The notes under the pieces were generated by a model. It ran no database searches and was not told where the DNA came from. It saw only the letters and a program-made list of their open reading frames with translations. Below are positions 59,174-64,000 of a DNA stretch of 64,000 nt, in pieces. The stretch spans positions 64,001-128,000 of the forward strand of contig JAYTOU010000031.1 in NCBI GenBank assembly GCA_043747615.1. The letters are read 5' to 3'. Within the stretch, counting starts at the first letter, position 1. Each line of letters begins with the position of its first letter. The stretch is from Myxococcales bacterium. Its GTDB lineage: Bacteria > Myxococcota_A > Polyangia > Polyangiales > Polyangiaceae. A program made the translations under genes and the position numbers.

Positions 59174-60151
59174 TCAACGTCCCTTGCCCCGGATCGCTGC
59201 GATCGCTGCATCGAGATCCGTCCAGGTTGCGACCACACGAACCGCGGCGTCGTCCAGCTTGACCTCGGCCGCAGCCCCCCCGCCGAGCCAGATTGGCACC
59301 CGACGCGGGAGCTCAGCGAGCATCCAGTTAATGTGCTTCGCCGTGGCTTTCAGGTCGGACGCGCCCGTGACGAGCAGCCCCACCGCGTCGACCGCGTGAC
59401 TGTGAGCCGCCTTGACGATTTGCTCGGCGGGCGTGTCGACGCCGAGAAGCCTGGGGGTGATCTGACAGACGGCCAAGTACACCTCGATCATTTCGAGCCC
59501 CAGGCCGTGGCGCTCGTTTGAAAGTGTCGCCAAAAGAACCCGGGGGGCGCCTTCGCGCTCTTCGTAGGCCGACATGAGCACCCGAAGTTGCGACGACAGA
59601 CACTCGCTCAGCACGTGCTCGTGCCGCACCTCGAGCTTTCCCTCGCCCCAAAGCTCCCCCACGCGCAGCGCGATCGGCTGCGCAATCTCCATCACGAAGC
59701 GCTTCGGCCCAAGCACCACGGCGGCCTGCCGTAACTGGGCTCGAAGGGCGCCTATGTCGTCACGACCGAGGGCAGAGACGAGTGAGTCGACGGTCGCGAT
59801 CGGCCCAACCATGGTCGCAAGACCTTGCGACGTAGCCCGGACCACCTTCAAGAGCTCCTGGCGCGGTTTTCCGACGACCTCGCCAGGACGATGTCCAAGC
59901 TCGAGGGCGCGAGAGATGAGCTTCAGCAGCTCGACGTCCGCGTCGGAGAAGACGCGACTGCCGCCCTCGCTGCGCTCCGGTTTCGGGAAGCCGTAGCGCC
60001 GTTCCCACATGCGCAGTGTGTCGAGCTCGATTCCGGTTAGCCGTGACGTCACGCGAATCGTGTGCCGCGAAGCATCGGGCTTGGCCGTTCCTCGGGGCGT
60101 GGGCACCCGCTTCGCGCGCTTGCGTACAGGCTTCGCGGCGGATCGGTTCAT
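59174..60151 (-). CDS. carH: CarH/LitR-like MerR regulator with B12-binding domain (copy 1)
   Basis: [11 protein letters not shown]-x9-EH ([12 protein letters not shown]), ERHGLG, IWLGG. Confidence 0.85.
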   Translation of the reverse strand: MNRSAAKPVRKRAKRVPTPRGTAKPDASRHTIRVTSRLTGIELDTLRMWERRYGFPKPERSEGGSRVFSDADVELLKLISRALELGHRPGEVVGKPRQELLKVVRATSQGLATMVGPIATVDSLVSALGRDDIGALRAQLRQAAVVLGPKRFVMEIAQPIALRVGELWGEGKLEVRHEHVLSECLSSQLRVLMSAYEEREGAPRVLLATLSNERHGLGLEMIEVYLAVCQITPRLLGVDTPAEQIVKAAHSHAVDAVGLLVTGASDLKATAKHINWMLAELPRRVPIWLGGGAAAEVKLDDAAVRVVATWTDLDAAIAAIRGKGR

Positions 60152-60171
60152 GCTGCGCTCGGGGAATCGGT

Positions 60172-60199
60172 TTGACTAACTATGGACAGATGTTAGACG
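60172..60199 (+). promoter_or_regulatory. CarH-type operator: three 11-bp-spaced repeats
   Basis: TTGACT 60172, TGGACA 60183, TAGACG 60194. Confidence 0.78.
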
Positions 60200-60212
60200 C
60201 AGAGCCACCACA

Positions 60213-61637
60213 ATGAAAGCCCTTTTGTCAGGACCCGTCGTCGTCATCGGCGGGGCCAGCGGATTTATCGGCACGGCGCTCGGCGCCGCGCTCTGCGAGC
60301 GGTTTCGGGTGATCGGGCTCTCACGCCGCGCTCAAGAACCGGGCGGTTCGTTTTCGGAGTGGCGGGCAGCCGATCTCCTGAACTTCCGCCAGGCAGAGAC
60401 CGCGCTTCAGGGCGCCCGTTATGCGGTCTACCTCGTGCACAGCATGATGCCGTCCGCACGCCTCACGCAGGCGTCGTTCGCGGATCTGGATCTCCTTGCG
60501 GCGGACAACTTCGGGCGTGCGGCTGCCCGCGCGGGCGTCGAGCAGATCGTGTATCTGGGCGGCCTCGTACCTGAAGGGGACAAGCTGTCTCCTCACCTCG
60601 AGAGCCGACGCGAAGTCGAGGACACGCTCGGCCGTCACGGAGTCCCTGTCACGACCCTGCGCGCGGGGTTGGTGATCGGGGGAGGGGGCTCGTCCTTCGA
60701 GATTCTGGTGAAGCTCGTCGAGCGACTTCCCGCCATGATTTGCCCCAAGTGGACGCAGAACCGGATGCAGCCGATCGCGATTGGCGATGTCGTGAAGTTG
60801 CTAGCCTTCGTCGTCGGCCGTGGTGACTGCTTTGGCGAAACCTTCGATGTCGCCGCCCCCGAGGTGCTGAGTTACCGCGAGCTCATGACGATGTGCGCCG
60901 AGCAGATGGGCATACAGCGGACCATGATTCCCGTGCGCTTCTTCTCTCCGGGACTCTCTCGACTCTGGGTTTCGTTGGTCACGGGGGCGCCGGGCGCGCT
61001 GGTCGGCCCCCTCGTGGAGAGCCTGAAGCACGAGATGATCGCACGAGATCATCGCCTCGCGGACCTGGCCGGATTGACTCCGCAGCCGGTGCGGGAAGCG
61101 CTTGCGGCCGCGCTTGCGGAGGGTCGGCAAGCACAAGGACGAGCCCCGCGCACCGGACCTGCATCGATCGTCCGGTCCGTGCAGCGCATGCTCCTCCCGC
61201 GAGGACACGATGCCGCGTGGGCCGCTTCGGAGTACGCGCGCTGGCTGCCTCGAGCACTTCGTGGTCTTGTTCGCGTCGCGGTCGATTCAGAGGAGAACAT
61301 TTGCTTTTTCTTCTCTACCCTCCGCACGCCGCTCCTCGTTCTTCGCCACTCGCCTGAACGAAGCACCCCCGAAAGACAGCTCTACTTCCTCGACGGCGGC
61401 CTCCTGTCACGCACAGGAGCCGGTGGGCGGTTCGAGCTCCGGCAAGTGCTCGACGGGCGGACGATGCTCGTCGCGATCCACGACTACGCGCCGCGCCTTC
61501 CCTGGCTCGTGTACATCCTGACGCAGGCAAAGTTCCACGCCTGGGTCATGGCAGCGTTCCGTCGTCACCTTGGCCGGATTGCGATCGTCGAGCGGAGCCT
61601 CGAGTTGGCATTGGCGCCTCACGATCGGCAGGTTTGA
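60213..61637 (+). CDS. YbjT-like NAD(P)-binding atypical SDR with C-terminal extra domain
   Basis: GGASGFIG, VYLVHSM, IVYLGG, SPHLESR.EVE, LRAG.VIG.GGSSFE. Confidence 0.85.
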   Translation: MKALLSGPVVVIGGASGFIGTALGAALCERFRVIGLSRRAQEPGGSFSEWRAADLLNFRQAETALQGARYAVYLVHSMMPSARLTQASFADLDLLAADNFGRAAARAGVEQIVYLGGLVPEGDKLSPHLESRREVEDTLGRHGVPVTTLRAGLVIGGGGSSFEILVKLVERLPAMICPKWTQNRMQPIAIGDVVKLLAFVVGRGDCFGETFDVAAPEVLSYRELMTMCAEQMGIQRTMIPVRFFSPGLSRLWVSLVTGAPGALVGPLVESLKHEMIARDHRLADLAGLTPQPVREALAAALAEGRQAQGRAPRTGPASIVRSVQRMLLPRGHDAAWAASEYARWLPRALRGLVRVAVDSEENICFFFSTLRTPLLVLRHSPERSTPERQLYFLDGGLLSRTGAGGRFELRQVLDGRTMLVAIHDYAPRLPWLVYILTQAKFHAWVMAAFRRHLGRIAIVERSLELALAPHDRQV

Positions 61638-61661
61638 CAAAACTTAGACAGTGCCTACTTT
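61634..61661 (+). promoter_or_regulatory. Internal promoter with CarH-type operator (two repeats)
   Basis: TTGACA 61634 and TAGACA 61645 (11 bp apart); possible -10 TACTTT at 61656. Confidence 0.7.
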
Positions 61662-61668
61662 GAAGGGT

Positions 61669-62061
61669 ATGAAACCGTTCGACGTCGAGGTGTTCTTTGA
61701 TGGTGAGTGCCCCCTCTGCATGCGCGAGATCAACATGCTTCGCCGGCGAGATCGCGCCAACCGAATCATCTTCACGGACATCGCCGCGCCGAGCTTCGAC
61801 GCCGCCGCGGTTGGCATCGACTACCCCACCCTCATGAAGCGCATCCACGCCCGCCTGCCGAGCGGTGAGCTCATCGAGGGGGTAGAAGTGTTTCGACGGC
61901 TCTACGGAGCCATCGGATTCGGTGCGCTCGTGGCGCTCACGCGCTTGCCCGTCGTCTCTCAACTGCTCGACCTCGCGTACGAGTTGTTTGCGAAGAATCG
62001 CCTTCGGCTCACCGGTCGGTGCTTGAAGACTGAAGGCGGCTCGTGCGCGGTGAGTCCCTAG
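61669..62061 (+). CDS. DUF393 (DCC-family thiol-disulfide oxidoreductase-like)
   Basis: [27 protein letters not shown]. Confidence 0.9.
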   Translation: MKPFDVEVFFDGECPLCMREINMLRRRDRANRIIFTDIAAPSFDAAAVGIDYPTLMKRIHARLPSGELIEGVEVFRRLYGAIGFGALVALTRLPVVSQLLDLAYELFAKNRLRLTGRCLKTEGGSCAVSP

Positions 62062-62062
62062 C

Positions 62063-63001
62063 TTAGCGCTGCAGGCGACCGATCGCCTCGTCGAGCCCGG
62101 CCCAGTCTCGCACGATGACGAGACCTTCTACGTCACCGTCGAGGTTCCACGCGCCCGCCCCACCAGCCCAGATCGGCACACGTCGCGGGAGCTCGGTGAG
62201 CATCCATCGAAGCTGCGCGCCGACCTTCTTCAGGTCTGCGGGGGGCATGACGGCAATGCCGACGGCGTCGGAGCGGTACGCGCGGGCTGCCGCTACGATT
62301 TGCTCGGGCGGCGTCTCGACACCGAGCAGACGAGGTGTGGCGTGGCTCGCCGCAATGACCACGGCGATCATCTCGAGCCCCAAGCTGTGGGGTTCGTCGG
62401 GTAACGTAGCGAGGAGGACGGACGGACCGGCGTCGGAGTCGTGATAGGCAGCCAAGAGCACGTGAAGCTGGCGCGATAAGCACTGGGTAAAAACGTGTTC
62501 GTGGCGCACTTCGAGCTTTCCGTCCACCCAGAGCTCACCGACTCTCACGCTCGCCGGATGTGCCATCTCCTCAACGAAGCGCTTCGGCCCGAGGACAGCG
62601 GCCGCCTGTTTGAGCGCGTTCCGGAGCAAGCTCACGTCATCGCTCGCCAGTGCGTGGAGCACCTCGTCGACCGTGGGGAGTGCGCCGACGCCCGGAGCGT
62701 TCGTGGTCATCCCTTCCAGAAGTCGCTCCAGCTCGGCTGCGGGCTTTTCGACGACTTCGCCGGGTCGGTAGCCCGCGTGCAGTGCGGAACGTATGAGGAG
62801 CAGCGTCGTGAGATCCGACTCCAAATACACGCGACTCCCGTTGTGGACGCGCGTTGGTTTCGGGAAACCGTAGCGGCGCTCCCACATCCGTAGCGTGTGC
62901 GGCGCAATGCCGCTGAGCCGAGAGATCACTCGGATCGACATCGTGGAAGCGGCCACCTCGCCCTCGGTCACCGGAAGAACGGGCTCTCTCGTTCTAGGCA
63001 T
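62063..63001 (-). CDS. carH: CarH/LitR-like MerR regulator with B12-binding domain (copy 2)
   Basis: [33 protein letters not shown]. Confidence 0.85.
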   Translation of the reverse strand: MPRTREPVLPVTEGEVAASTMSIRVISRLSGIAPHTLRMWERRYGFPKPTRVHNGSRVYLESDLTTLLLIRSALHAGYRPGEVVEKPAAELERLLEGMTTNAPGVGALPTVDEVLHALASDDVSLLRNALKQAAAVLGPKRFVEEMAHPASVRVGELWVDGKLEVRHEHVFTQCLSRQLHVLLAAYHDSDAGPSVLLATLPDEPHSLGLEMIAVVIAASHATPRLLGVETPPEQIVAAARAYRSDAVGIAVMPPADLKKVGAQLRWMLTELPRRVPIWAGGAGAWNLDGDVEGLVIVRDWAGLDEAIGRLQR

Positions 63002-63012
63002 GCGTGGAGTAT

Positions 63013-63054
63013 TGTCCAAGTTTTGTCTAAGTCAACGTTGACAAGTGTTAGACG
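63013..63054. promoter_or_regulatory. Bidirectional CarH-type operator
   Basis: Minus strand TGGACA (63013-18) and TAGACA (63024-29); plus strand TTGACA (63038) and TAGACG (63049); palindrome GTCAACGTTGAC at 63031-63042. Confidence 0.78.
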
Positions 63055-63106
63055 GGTGTTATTCATCCTTGAGCAGCTGACCGCTCAGTCCAAGGAGACC
63101 ACGACC

Positions 63107-63634
63107 ATGAACACTGTCCTTCGCACCTTCGTCCTCGTTCCTTCCCTTCTCGCCGCCCTCGCCGTCGCCGCATGCGGAGGTGCCCAGAACGACGTTCAAG
63201 CAACCACGCCGACCAGCACGCAAGCACAGTCGGACATCGTTGACACGGCCGCAGCGGCCGGTTCGTTCAAGACGCTGGTCGCTGCGGTGAAAGCCGCCGA
63301 TCTCGTCGACACGCTGAAGGGGCCGGGCCCGTTCACCGTCTTTGCCCCGACCGACGAGGCCTTCGCCAAGCTTCCGGCGGGCACCTTGGAGAGTCTGCTC
63401 AAGCCCGAGAACAAGGCGAAGCTGCAGTCCATTCTCACCTATCACGTCGTGGCTGGTCGCGTCGGTTCCGACCAAGTGGTTCACATGACGTCGGCCAAGA
63501 CCGTGCAAGGTAAGGACCTCAAGATCTCGCAGAACGCGGGAACGGTCATGGTGGACGGAGCCAAGGTCGTGAAGACCGACATAGCGTGCTCCAACGGCGT
63601 CATCCACGTCATCGACGCCGTCCTCATGCCCTAA
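63107..63634 (+). CDS. Fasciclin (FAS1) domain lipoprotein
   Basis: VAAC lipobox; [36 protein letters not shown]. Confidence 0.95.
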   Translation: MNTVLRTFVLVPSLLAALAVAACGGAQNDVQATTPTSTQAQSDIVDTAAAAGSFKTLVAAVKAADLVDTLKGPGPFTVFAPTDEAFAKLPAGTLESLLKPENKAKLQSILTYHVVAGRVGSDQVVHMTSAKTVQGKDLKISQNAGTVMVDGAKVVKTDIACSNGVIHVIDAVLMP

Positions 63635-63681
63635 TCGTTCGCGCAGGCATAAATTCAAGGCACCAGAAGGAGAGGGTCGTC

Positions 63682-64000
63682 ATGAGCCGATGGAGTCAAG
63701 CCGGGCTGTTCCTCGTTGGGGTGAGCATCGCGGGAGTGGGCTGCGTGCGCGCCGTTCGCCCGGACGGAGGGACCGGGCTCCTTCCGGTGGGGGCGGCGGC
63801 TCCCGACGTCACGGGCACCATGAGTGACGGCAAGGCCATTCACCTCTCCTCCGTTCGCGGTCACTCAGCCGTCGTGTACTTCTACCCGAAGGACGAGACG
63901 CCCGGCTGCACGCGCGAGGCGTGCGCGTTCCGAGACGCGTTCACGAAGTACGACGCACTGCACGTGACGATCTTCGGTGTGTCGCGCGACTCGGAGAAGA
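63682..64000 (+). CDS. bcp: Peroxiredoxin (BCP/PrxQ) with lipoprotein signal, truncated by window end
   Basis: My translation: MSRWSQAGLFLVGVSIAGVGC...VYFYPKDETPGCTREACAFRD...FGVSRD. Confidence 0.88.
   Translation, partial: MSRWSQAGLFLVGVSIAGVGCVRAVRPDGGTGLLPVGAAAPDVTGTMSDGKAIHLSSVRGHSAVVYFYPKDETPGCTREACAFRDAFTKYDALHVTIFGVSRDSEK

Noticed and set aside
1..64000. Prophage, IS elements, tRNA/rRNA, defence systems
   Set aside because: No integrase, transposase, phage structural, nuclease or RT motifs, or RNA gene signatures recognised; base composition looks uniform by eye

Overview
GC-rich bacterial chromosomal window, most consistent with Myxococcota (Polyangiaceae-like): many Cys-rich lipoproteins with Asp/Gly/Ala linkers, a MYXO-CTERM-like tail, an FHA-sigma54 activator and Ser/Thr-kinase relics. 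I saw no rRNA, tRNA, CRISPR array, integrase or transposase. All family calls come from motif recognition by eye; no database search was run. Content in order: (1) XRE regulator, UspA and a PAS hybrid kinase; (2) an operon of thiol dioxygenase, caspase-like-domain/methyltransferase fusion and glutamate-racemase-like genes, divergent from tryptophan 2,3-dioxygenase; (3) two kinase remnants, an FHA-bEBP, and an FGE-sulfatase gene with an apparent sigma54/IHF/tandem-palindrome promoter; (4) a Cys-rich lipoprotein ending in a peptidase-S74-like autocleaving chaperone; (5) a Ni-free Ehr (Hyf-like) membrane complex; (6) three DUF3494 ice-binding-like lipoproteins around an OmpA/TSP3 protein, an RsbRD-type kinase and an MlaE-MlaF-MlaD-PqiC-FadL-like operon; (7) porin-sbp-cysTWA-cysK; (8) a ~16 kb locus with two DUF1501 + DUF1585-type heme modules, a Cyc2-like monoheme beta-barrel, two more monoheme cytochromes and a large FG-GAP protein, which is the best candidate for an undescribed system; (9) two CarH-like B12 photoreceptors with three visible 11-bp-periodic operators in front of YbjT-like, DUF393, fasciclin and peroxiredoxin genes.
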